A stretch of 64,000 bases of DNA, from the NCBI GenBank assembly GCA_035316325.1, contig DATHJB010000239.1, positions 2,512-66,511 on the forward strand, written 5' to 3'. The position numbers and the translations under genes were made by a program. Origin of the DNA: Acidimicrobiales bacterium. Its GTDB lineage: Bacteria; Actinomycetota; Acidimicrobiia; Acidimicrobiales; VFJN01. The notes under the pieces were generated by a model. That model had not been told where the DNA came from and searched no databases. It saw only the letters and a list, made by a program, of their open reading frames with translations. Shown piece by piece: positions 41,598 through 49,786 of this stretch (its first letter is position 1; each line of letters starts with the position of its first letter).

Positions 41598-41650
41598 GGG
41601 GATCCCGACGTCAGGGGTCGGGGATGAGGAGGGATCCGACTCGCCGACCG

Positions 41651-42154
41651 CTAGCCGGGCGAAGCGGCGAGGGCCTGGGTGGTGGCGGTCTCGTTGGTGG
41701 CGTCGAAGGCGACGAGGCGGGCCAGGGTGAGGGGGCCGTCGAACCCCCGGAGGGTGGCGACCGCGATCTGGGCCGCCCGGTCGACGGGGTAGGCGAAGAG
41801 GCCGGTGGAGATGGCCGGGAAGGCGACGGTGCGGGCGCCGAGGTCGACGGCCACCTCGCAGCTGCGGCGGTAGCAGGAGGCGAGCAGCTCGGCCTCACCC
41901 CGCTCGCCGCCCCGCCACACCGGCCCGACCGTGTGGATCACCCAGCGGGCGACGAGCCCATGGCCATCCGTCGCCTTGGCGTCGCCCGTCGCGCATCCGC
42001 CGAGCAGCCGGCACTCCGCCACCAGCCCCGGCCCGGCCGCCCGGTGGATCGCTCCGTCGACGCCCCCGCCGCCCAGCAGCGACGAGTTGGCGGCGTTCAC
42101 CACGGCGTCGACGTCCTGCCGCGTGATGTCCCCCCGCACGACCTCGATCCTCAT
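41651..42154 (-). CDS. macro domain protein (O-acetyl-ADP-ribose deacetylase / ADP-ribose-binding, YmdB-like)
   Basis: [41 protein letters not shown]...VIHTVGPVW...[13 protein letters not shown] is the canonical macro-domain signature. Confidence 0.85.
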   Translation of the reverse strand: MRIEVVRGDITRQDVDAVVNAANSSLLGGGGVDGAIHRAAGPGLVAECRLLGGCATGDAKATDGHGLVARWVIHTVGPVWRGGERGEAELLASCYRRSCEVAVDLGARTVAFPAISTGLFAYPVDRAAQIAVATLRGFDGPLTLARLVAFDATNETATTQALAASPG

Positions 42155-42256
42155 CGACCCATCATCCCCGACGGCCGACCCGCACGGCCGACCCCCGACC
42201 CCCGACGGCTGGCGGCTCCGCGATGTCGATCGGGGCGACTGGGTAGGTTCCACGGC

Positions 42257-43189
42257 GTGGAAGGCTCCCGCCGGGCCATCGTCGCCGCGTTCCTCGCCAA
42301 CCTCGGGATCGCCGTGGCGAAGCTCGTCGGCTTCCTGCTGACGGGGGCGGCGTCGCTGGCCGCCGAGGCGATCCACTCGTTCGCCGACACCGCCAACCAG
42401 GGCCTCCTCTTCCTCGGCGCCGAGCGGGCCAAGCGGGCACCCGACGCCACCCACCCCTTCGGCTACGGCCGCGAGCGCTACTTCTGGGCGTTCGTGGTCG
42501 CCCTCGTGCTGTTCAGCGGCGGCGGGCTGTTCGCGCTGTTCGAGGCGGAGGAGAAGCTGCGGAAGCCGCACGAGCTGGAGTCGCTGGGCGTGGCGGTCGT
42601 CATCCTCCTGGTGGCGGTGGTGCTGGAATCGCTGTCGCTGCGCACCGCCGCCCACGAGAGCCGGGCCGCCAAGGGTGACGACTCGTGGCGCGAGTTCGTG
42701 CTCCACTCCAAGCAGGCCGAGCTGCCGGTGGTCCTGCTGGAGGACTCGGGTGCCCTGATCGGCCTGACGTTCGCTCTCGCCGGGGTGACGCTGGCGTCGG
42801 TCACCGGCAACAGCCGCTACGACGCCCTCGGCAGCCTGGGCATCGGCATTCTGCTGGTGGTCATCGCCATGACGCTGGCCACGAAGATGAAGAGCCTGCT
42901 GATCGGCGAGGCCGGGTCGCCGACGCAGGTGGCGGCGGTGCAGGCGGCCATCACGGACCACCCGGCGGTGCGACGGCTGGTCCGGCTGCGGACCCTGCAG
43001 CTCGGCCCCGAGGAGCTGATGGTGATCGCCGACGTGGAGTTCGACTCCCGACTCGACGGCCCCGCCGTCGCCGAGGCGGTCGACGCCGTCGCCGACGCCG
43101 TCCGCACGTCGGTCCCCGAGGCCCGCGTCGTCCACCTCGAACCCGAGACCACCGCGGAAGCCGAGGCGAGCGCGCCGACCCCCGGCTGA
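42257..43189 (+). CDS. cation diffusion facilitator (CDF) family transporter
   Basis: ...[38 protein letters not shown]...[11 protein letters not shown]... plus a C-terminal cytoplasmic domain. GTG start at 42257. Confidence 0.85.
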   Translation: MEGSRRAIVAAFLANLGIAVAKLVGFLLTGAASLAAEAIHSFADTANQGLLFLGAERAKRAPDATHPFGYGRERYFWAFVVALVLFSGGGLFALFEAEEKLRKPHELESLGVAVVILLVAVVLESLSLRTAAHESRAAKGDDSWREFVLHSKQAELPVVLLEDSGALIGLTFALAGVTLASVTGNSRYDALGSLGIGILLVVIAMTLATKMKSLLIGEAGSPTQVAAVQAAITDHPAVRRLVRLRTLQLGPEELMVIADVEFDSRLDGPAVAEAVDAVADAVRTSVPEARVVHLEPETTAEAEASAPTPG

Positions 43190-43231
43190 CCCGGCGTAGT
43201 AGACATCCGGCCTCTAGTGCGGGGTTGGGTG

Positions 43232-43252
43232 CCAGGGCCGTGGGGGCCCTGG
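43232..43252. terminator. hairpin CCAGGGCC-N5-GGCCCTGG downstream of the CDF gene
   Basis: Perfect 8-bp stem read directly from the sequence. There is no U-tract. Confidence 0.3.
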
Positions 43253-43273
43253 TGGAGCGGGGAGAACAACACG

Positions 43274-44572
43274 ATGCGGAAGCTGTTCGGCGGTGTCGTC
43301 GCGCTGGCGCTGGCGGCGACGGGGTCACTCGCGCTCGCCGCCCCGGGGTCGACGCAGGAGGAGCCCCCGGTCGATCTCCGGCACCTGGACGCCAACCTGT
43401 CGCCCACCGAGGCCGCCCCCGGCGACGACGTCACGGTCACACCGGTGGAGAACTGCTCGGTCGAGACGGGCTACCTGATCTGGTTGGTGTTCGAGGCCGG
43501 AGAGTTCTCCTTCGACGAGGGGTCCGACCCCGAGGTCGAGCCCGTCCTCGTGGACGTCGCCGAGCTGAACGAGGACGGCAGCTGGGAGGTCGTGTTCCCG
43601 GCTCCGGGCGGGCCCGACGTCGACGACGAGGCCCTCCAGGCGTTCGCGGAGGAGAACCCCATCGCCATCGACGTGTACGGCCCCGAGGCCTTCACGTCGG
43701 GCGACGTGGCCTACGAGTGGTTCGCCCAGTGCGTCGAGATCGAGCTGCCCGAGCTCGTCCACCTCGACGCCGACCTGACCCAGACGGGCGACGCCGTCGC
43801 GGTCACGCCGGTCGACAACTGCTCGGCGACCGAGGGGTTCCTCGACTGGCTCGTCTACCCGGCCGGTGAGTTCAGTTGGGACGACTTCGGCGGCGCCGAG
43901 CCGGTCGGCGGCGGCTTCGTCGACCTGGAGGCGGGCGGCAGCTGGCAGCTGGAGTTCTCCGCCGCCGAGGCCGTTGCCGGCTTCCCCGAGGAGGGCGAGG
44001 ACTTCGCCGCGGCGGCTGCGGCTGCCGAGGACGAGGAGCCGTACGTGGTCGAGGTGTACGGCCCCGAGGCCTTCACCTCGGGTGGCGCCGACTACGAGTG
44101 GTTCGCCCAGTGCGTCGAGTTCGTGGAGCCGCCGTTCCTCGAGGCCGAGATCACCTCGCACGAGGCGCACACGGTGCTGGGGTTCCCGTTGGTGAACCAG
44201 GGCGACGAGATCACCGTCGGGCCCATCGACCCCTGCCCCGCCACCTCCGATGGCTCCCTGTTCTGGGAGGTCGACAGCTGGCCGCTCGACGACGAGGAGC
44301 CGGAGATGATCGACGCCGGCTACCTCGACGTGGCCGACGACGGCACCTGGGAGCTGAAGTTCCCGACGCCCGACGACGGGGACGACGTCAAGGTCACCTT
44401 CTACGCCGTCTGGCTCGACTGCGAGACGACCGACGAGGTCACCGGCTTCTACGACCTGCTGCTGTTCGCCGTCGGCGAGGCCCCGGCCACGCCGCCGACC
44501 GAGGAGCCCACCGAGCCCGTCGGACCGAAGCCGGCGCACCCGGTGGTGCGCACGCCCGACCAGACCGGCTGA
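43274..44572 (+). CDS. secreted acidic protein with three tandem modules of about 130 aa each
   Basis: Signal peptide MRKLFGGVVALALAATGSLALAAPGS. Modules 1 and 2 share ...VTPV[ED]NCS...GEFS...VYGPEAFTSG..YEWFAQCVE. DNA segments 43673-43738 and 44054-44119 are about 86% identical. Each module has two Cys. Confidence 0.65.
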   Translation: MRKLFGGVVALALAATGSLALAAPGSTQEEPPVDLRHLDANLSPTEAAPGDDVTVTPVENCSVETGYLIWLVFEAGEFSFDEGSDPEVEPVLVDVAELNEDGSWEVVFPAPGGPDVDDEALQAFAEENPIAIDVYGPEAFTSGDVAYEWFAQCVEIELPELVHLDADLTQTGDAVAVTPVDNCSATEGFLDWLVYPAGEFSWDDFGGAEPVGGGFVDLEAGGSWQLEFSAAEAVAGFPEEGEDFAAAAAAAEDEEPYVVEVYGPEAFTSGGADYEWFAQCVEFVEPPFLEAEITSHEAHTVLGFPLVNQGDEITVGPIDPCPATSDGSLFWEVDSWPLDDEEPEMIDAGYLDVADDGTWELKFPTPDDGDDVKVTFYAVWLDCETTDEVTGFYDLLLFAVGEAPATPPTEEPTEPVGPKPAHPVVRTPDQTG

Positions 44573-44586
44573 CCCGCCCGACCCGG

Positions 44587-44639
44587 CCGAAACTGCGTGG
44601 CTCATGGTCGCTCTACGGCCACCAGCCACGCAGTTTCGG
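44587..44639. repeat. 53-nt palindromic repeat, copy A
   Basis: CCGAAACTGCGTGGCT-(21 nt)-AGCCACGCAGTTTCGG forms a perfect 16-bp stem. It lies between convergent genes. Confidence 0.75.
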
Positions 44640-44648
44640 GGGTTCGCC

Positions 44649-45926
44649 CTACCGGGGGTGGTTGGTGAAGCTGCCGACGAACACGTCGTAGCCGGCCTCC
44701 TGGAGGGTCTTGACCACCCGGCCGACGTGGTGGTGGTCGAGGGTCTCGATGGTGAGCTCCACGTGGGCGGCCTTGGCGGACACGTCGACGAACAGCCGCT
44801 GGTGGTGGATCTCCACGATGTTGGCGCCGGACTGGCCCAGCAGGGTGGTGATCGCCGCCAGCGCGCCGGGCACGTCGGGCAGGTCGATGTGCAGGCGGGT
44901 GAGCCGGCCGTTGCGGACGAGGCCCCGCATGATCACCGAGGCCAGCAGCCGCGGGTCGATGTTGCCGCCGGTCAGGATCACCCCGACCCGCTTGCCGGCG
45001 AAGCGCTCCGGATGGGCGACCAGGGCGGCGATCCCCGCTGCACCCGCCCCCTCGATCACGACCTTCTCGATCTCCAGCAGCAGGTTGATGGCCGCCTCGA
45101 CGTCGTCCTCGGTGACGGTGACGATGTCGTCGACCAGGGCCTTCAGGATCACCCCGGTCAGCTCGCCGGGCCAGGGGGCGGCGATGCCCTCGGCCAGCGT
45201 GGAGCCGCCGGTCTCGGTGTCGTAGCCGTGGAAGTGGGCGGCCATCGCCTGGTAGCGCTCCATCTGGACGCCCACCAGCTCGATGCCGGGCACCAGGTGC
45301 CGGGCGACCACCGCACAGCCCGAGAGCAGGCCGCCGCCGCCCACCGGGACGACCAGCACGTCGAGGTCGGGGAAGTCGTGCAGCAGCTCGAGCGCGGAGG
45401 TGGCCTGGCCCGCGATGACGGCCGGGTCGTCGAACGGGTGCACCCACACCCGGCCCTCGGACTCGACCAGCCGCTGCACCTCGGCCAGGGCGCCTTCGAG
45501 CCCCTCGCCCGCCAGGATCACCCGCGCCCCCAGCTCCCGGGTGCGCTGCACCTTCACGAACGGGGTGCTCGACGGCATGACGATGGTGGCGTCGATGCCC
45601 AGCCGGTGGGCGTGGTAGGCGACCGCCTGGCCGTGGTTGCCGGCGGACATGGCGATCACGCCGGCCGCCCGCTCGGTGTCGGTCAGCTGGAGCAGCTTGT
45701 TGAGCGCGCCCCGCTCCTTGTAGGCCGCCGTGAACTGGAGGTTCTCGAACTTGACGATCACCTCGCAGCCGAGCAGCGCGGAGAGCGTGTGGGAGTGGGC
45801 GCTCGGCGTCCGCTCGACCGCGCCCTTGATGCGGACCTCGGCGGCGAGGACGTCGTCCCAGGTGACGGGGAGAGCCGGCGTCGTCGGCGGCTCGGCGTCG
45901 TCGCCCGGTGAGGACGGGTCGCTCAC
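44649..45926 (-). CDS. threonine ammonia-lyase (threonine/serine dehydratase, PLP-dependent, with C-terminal ACT-like domain)
   Basis: ...KFENLQFTAAYKERGA (PLP Lys), ...SAGNHGQAVA... and ...VPVGGGGLLSG.... The GTG start overlaps the upstream stop (GTGA). Confidence 0.85.
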   Translation of the reverse strand: MSDPSSPGDDAEPPTTPALPVTWDDVLAAEVRIKGAVERTPSAHSHTLSALLGCEVIVKFENLQFTAAYKERGALNKLLQLTDTERAAGVIAMSAGNHGQAVAYHAHRLGIDATIVMPSSTPFVKVQRTRELGARVILAGEGLEGALAEVQRLVESEGRVWVHPFDDPAVIAGQATSALELLHDFPDLDVLVVPVGGGGLLSGCAVVARHLVPGIELVGVQMERYQAMAAHFHGYDTETGGSTLAEGIAAPWPGELTGVILKALVDDIVTVTEDDVEAAINLLLEIEKVVIEGAGAAGIAALVAHPERFAGKRVGVILTGGNIDPRLLASVIMRGLVRNGRLTRLHIDLPDVPGALAAITTLLGQSGANIVEIHHQRLFVDVSAKAAHVELTIETLDHHHVGRVVKTLQEAGYDVFVGSFTNHPR

Positions 45927-47035
45927 GTGGTCGTCGCCTTGAGGATCAGCTGGTTCACGGTCACGTCGTCGAGGACCTCCTGTAGCGGCTCGGTCCCCAG
46001 ACCCGACCCTTGCGGCACGTCCATGGTGCCATCCCGGTCGACGAACGCGGGGGTGATATCCCGGGCGAAGTAGCGGGCCGACGGGCCGAGGTCGGGTGGC
46101 AGCGTGCAGCCGGGCAGCGCCGCCACCGCCAGGTTGAGCGCCCGTCCGAGCCCGGTCTCCAGCATCCCGCCACAGCGGGCGGGGATCCCCTCGTCGACGC
46201 AGCGCTGGTGGATGCGGCGGGCCTCCACGATGCCGCCCACCCGCCCGACCTTCAGGCTCACCGCTCCGCACGCGCCCAGGGCCAGCGCGGTGTCGACGTC
46301 GGCCAGCGAGCCGAGCGACTCGTCCAGGCAGATCGGCACGTCGACCAGGCGGGCCAGCCGGGCGTGGCCCAGCAGGTCGCCGGCGGGGAAGGGCTGCTCG
46401 ATCGCCAGGAGGCCGGTGGCGGGGTCGGCGAGGCGCTCCAGGTGGGTGAGGTGGGCGGGGTCGGCGCTGTCGTAGGAGCCGTTGGCGTCGACCAGCAGGT
46501 CGATCGACGGGCCGACGGCGGCCCGCACCGCCCGCACGGGGTCGATGTCCCAGGTGGGCGTGATCTTGAGCTTGAGCGCCTTGTGGCCCTGGGCGCACCA
46601 GCTGCCGGCGGCGATCACCAGGTCGTCGATGGTGGCGGTGATCCCGACGGCGATCCCGGTGGGCACCTGGGTGCGGGTGGCGCCCAGGAACTTGGCCAGC
46701 GACTGGCTCTCGGCCCGGAGGCCGGCGTCGAGCACCGCGCCCTCCAGCGCCGCCTTGGCCATCTGGTGGCCCTGGACCTCGCGCAGCGAGCGGCCCGCCA
46801 GCAGGCGGGGGACCAGGTGGTGCTGCAGCACGTCGAGCGCGCCGGCCGTGTACTCGGGCCAGTAGGTGGGCTCGGTCTCGGTGACGCACTCGGCCCAGCC
46901 GTCGGGCCCGTCGGCCACCACCGCCCGCACGATCACCACCTCACGGTGGTCGCGGTTGCCGTGGGCCGTGCGGAACGACTCGGCCAGCGGCAGCCGCACC
47001 AGCCGCAGCTCGACCCCTTCCAGCGCCACCTTCAC
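45923..47035 (-). CDS. enolase-superfamily o-succinylbenzoate synthase / N-acylamino-acid racemase-like protein
   Basis: The catalytic pattern is LKLKITP (KxK), DANGSY, IEQP, CLDES and SLKVGRVGG. Confidence 0.8.
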   Translation of the reverse strand: MKVALEGVELRLVRLPLAESFRTAHGNRDHREVVIVRAVVADGPDGWAECVTETEPTYWPEYTAGALDVLQHHLVPRLLAGRSLREVQGHQMAKAALEGAVLDAGLRAESQSLAKFLGATRTQVPTGIAVGITATIDDLVIAAGSWCAQGHKALKLKITPTWDIDPVRAVRAAVGPSIDLLVDANGSYDSADPAHLTHLERLADPATGLLAIEQPFPAGDLLGHARLARLVDVPICLDESLGSLADVDTALALGACGAVSLKVGRVGGIVEARRIHQRCVDEGIPARCGGMLETGLGRALNLAVAALPGCTLPPDLGPSARYFARDITPAFVDRDGTMDVPQGSGLGTEPLQEVLDDVTVNQLILKATTT

Positions 47036-47099
47036 GTCGTCACCCTCACCCGACCATCATGACCCCGAGGATGCCCTGTGCCGTTACCCTGGGACCTCT

Positions 47100-48035
47100 A
47101 TGGGGTCCCCCGCGGTGATGCTGAAGGCCAACGATCCGTGCTGGTGCGGTAGCGGACGCAAGTTCAAGCGCTGCCACAAGTCGAGCACGGAGCACATCCG
47201 GCCCGGTCGCCTGAGCCCGACGCGCCCCGTCCCCGCCGACATCCCCCGCCCGCCCTACGCCGAGACCGGCGTGCCGGTGCGGGTGCCGGAGTCGCCCGTC
47301 CGGTCGCCCGAGGTGATCGAGCGGATGCGCCGGGCCGGTCGTGAAGCCGCCCAGGTGCTGCAGACGGTGGCCGCCGCCATCGCCCCGGGCGTGACCACCG
47401 ACGAGCTCGACGCCATCTGCCACGCCGAGACCATCAAGCGGGGCGCCTACCCCAGCCCGCTCAACTACGGCGGCTTCCCCAAGTCGATCTGCACCTCGGT
47501 GAACGAGGTCATCTGCCACGGCATCCCCGACGACCGGGCCCTGGTCGACGGCGACATCGTCAACCTCGACGTCACCCTCTACCTCGACGGCGTCCACGGC
47601 GACACCAACGCCACCTTCCCGGTCGGCCAGATCGACGAGGAGTCGGCCCGCCTCATCCGGGTCACCCGCGAGTGCCTCGACCGGGGCATCGCGGCCGTCC
47701 ACCCGGGGCACCCGATCAGCGACATCGGTCAGGCCATCCAGGCGCACGCCGAGGGCAACGGCTACGGCGTGGTGCGGGCGTTCGTCGGCCACGGGATCGC
47801 CGAGCAGTTCCACACCGACCTGCAGATCCCGCACTACTACGACCGGCGGGCCACCACGGTCATCGAGCGCGGGATGACGTTCACGATCGAGCCGATGATC
47901 ACGATGGGCGCCTGGCAGCACCAGATGTGGGACGACGGGTGGACCGCCGTCACCGTCGACCGGCGCCGCACCGCCCAGTTCGAGCACACCCTCCTCGTCA
48001 ACGACGACGGCGCCGAGATCCTCACGCTTCCATAG
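47100..48035 (+). CDS. map: type I methionyl aminopeptidase with N-terminal SEC-C zinc-finger motif
   Basis: N-terminal ...CWCGSGRKFKRCH. The body has ...FPKSICTSVNEVICHGIP...GDIVNLDVT...GDTNATF...FVGHGI...TIEPM...QFEHT (metal ligands D, D, H, E, E). Confidence 0.9.
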   Translation: MGSPAVMLKANDPCWCGSGRKFKRCHKSSTEHIRPGRLSPTRPVPADIPRPPYAETGVPVRVPESPVRSPEVIERMRRAGREAAQVLQTVAAAIAPGVTTDELDAICHAETIKRGAYPSPLNYGGFPKSICTSVNEVICHGIPDDRALVDGDIVNLDVTLYLDGVHGDTNATFPVGQIDEESARLIRVTRECLDRGIAAVHPGHPISDIGQAIQAHAEGNGYGVVRAFVGHGIAEQFHTDLQIPHYYDRRATTVIERGMTFTIEPMITMGAWQHQMWDDGWTAVTVDRRRTAQFEHTLLVNDDGAEILTLP

Positions 48036-48063
48036 CCCAGTCGGGACAGGGTGCTCACCTACA

Positions 48064-49674
48064 GTGGGCGTCTTGTCTCGATACGTGGTGCTTTGCGTTG
48101 TCGTGGTTGGGTCGCTGGCGGTCTCGTCGCCCTCCGGGGCCGACGACCGCGCCGTCGCCGAGGAGTACGTCGTCGCCTTCGACGAGGCGCCGTCGGCGTT
48201 GCGCCAGGCCGTCGCCGACACCGGCGGGCAGGTGGTCGACGTGAACGAGCAGCTCGGCGTGGCCCTGGTCCGGGCCGTGGCACCGGGCGACCTGGCCGCC
48301 CAGCCCGGTGTCGACGGGGTGATGCCCAACCACTCGGTGGGCTTCGACCGGCCCGACCTGCACCACCGCTTCGCCGAGGAGCGTCCGGTCGCCGCGGAGC
48401 GCAGCGTCGCCCGCGACACCGCCGAGCCCCTCACCGAGCGCCAGTGGGACATGGCCATGATCGGGGCTGTGGACCTGCCCACCACCGGCGACGGCGTCGA
48501 CGTCGGCATCATCGACACCGGCATCGACGCCTCCCACCCCGACATCGCCCCCAACTTCGACCCCCTGCGGTCGCGCAACTTCACCACCGACATCCCGGCG
48601 CTCGACGGACCGTGCGAGGTGCCCACCTGCGTCGATCCCGTCGGCGCGGACGACCGGGGCCACGGCACCCACGTCGCTGGCATCGTGGCCGCGGCCCGCA
48701 ACGGCGTCGGCACCGCCGGGGTCGCCCCGGACGCCACGCTCGTCAACCTGCGGGCCGGCCAGGACTCCGGCCTCTTCTTCCTCTACGAGACGCTCGACGC
48801 GCTCACGGCCGCCGGCGACATGCAGCTCGACGTGGTCAACATGAGCTTCTACACCGACCCCTGGCTCTACAACTGCGACTCGCCCGACGACTACCTCTCG
48901 GGCGCCGTCACCCCGGAGGAACTGGAGCAGCAGCGGCTCACCCGGCGGCTCCTCACCGAGGCGCTGGAGTACGCCCACCAGCAGGGAGTGACGCTCGTCG
49001 CCGCGGTCGGCAACGAGCACGCCGACCTGGCCGCCGAGCAGCGCGTCGACCCGTTCAGCCCCGGCTTCCCGCCCGGGCGCCGGCAGGGGCGGGTGGTCAC
49101 CAGGGACTGCCTCGACCTGCCCAACGAGGGCCCGCACGTGATCTCGGTGGGGTCGGTGGGGCCGTCCGGGAACAAGGCCGACTACTCGAACTACGGCCTG
49201 GGCAGCATCGACCTGGTCGGCCCCGGCGGCTGGTCCCGTGACGGCGCCGGGCCCGGGAACATGGTGCTGGCGCCGTTCCCCGCGGGCGCGGCTCGGGCAC
49301 AGGACCTGGTCGATGCCGCCGGCAACCCGGTCGACGGCTACACGCTGCGGGAGTGCGACGCCCTCGGCCGCTGCGGCCTGTGGACCTACCTGCAGGGCAC
49401 CTCGATGGCGACCCCGCACGTCGTGGGCGTGGCGGCGCTGATCGTCCAGCGGCACGGGACCGGCTCGGCGCTCACCGGCTACTCGCTCGACCCCGACCGG
49501 GTGGCGTCGATCCTCCTGTCCACGGCGGCGGACCGGGCCTGTCCGCCCGGCGGCTCGCAGGCCTACGGGCACGTCGGCCGCGGCCCCGACTGGACCGCCC
49601 CCTGCGTCGGCACCACCGCCGACAACAGCCTCTACGGCGAGGGGATCGTCAGCGCCGCCGACGCCGTCCGCTGA
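48064..49674 (+). CDS. S8 family (subtilisin-like) serine peptidase, secreted
   Basis: Signal peptide is present. The catalytic triad contexts are DTGIDASHPD, HGTHVAGIVAA and GTSMATPHVVGVAAL. Confidence 0.85.
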   Translation: MGVLSRYVVLCVVVVGSLAVSSPSGADDRAVAEEYVVAFDEAPSALRQAVADTGGQVVDVNEQLGVALVRAVAPGDLAAQPGVDGVMPNHSVGFDRPDLHHRFAEERPVAAERSVARDTAEPLTERQWDMAMIGAVDLPTTGDGVDVGIIDTGIDASHPDIAPNFDPLRSRNFTTDIPALDGPCEVPTCVDPVGADDRGHGTHVAGIVAAARNGVGTAGVAPDATLVNLRAGQDSGLFFLYETLDALTAAGDMQLDVVNMSFYTDPWLYNCDSPDDYLSGAVTPEELEQQRLTRRLLTEALEYAHQQGVTLVAAVGNEHADLAAEQRVDPFSPGFPPGRRQGRVVTRDCLDLPNEGPHVISVGSVGPSGNKADYSNYGLGSIDLVGPGGWSRDGAGPGNMVLAPFPAGAARAQDLVDAAGNPVDGYTLRECDALGRCGLWTYLQGTSMATPHVVGVAALIVQRHGTGSALTGYSLDPDRVASILLSTAADRACPPGGSQAYGHVGRGPDWTAPCVGTTADNSLYGEGIVSAADAVR

Positions 49675-49682
49675 CACCGACG

Positions 49683-49735
49683 GCGAAACTTCGACCGTGG
49701 TGGCGCTATAGCCACCGTTTCTGTCGAAGTGTCGC
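49683..49735. repeat. 53-nt palindromic repeat, copy C
   Basis: GCGAAACTTCGACCGTGGTGGCGCTATAGCCACCGTTTCTGTCGAAGTGTCGC has nested dyads: outer arms match 14/15 and the centre is GGTGGC-GCTATA-GCCACC. It lies between the S8 peptidase and Hsp70-like genes. Confidence 0.7.
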
Positions 49736-49786
49736 CGTGGCTCCGGGTGCAAGACTGCGGCACCTTGAGAAAGCGGGGGCGGGCGA

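Noticed and set aside
47087-47113. Small dyad GGGACC-TCTATG-GGTCCC around the map start codon, considered as a fifth member of the 53-nt repeat family
   Set aside because: Only a 6-bp stem and the CTATG centre are shared. The CCGAAA termini and the 53-nt length are absent.
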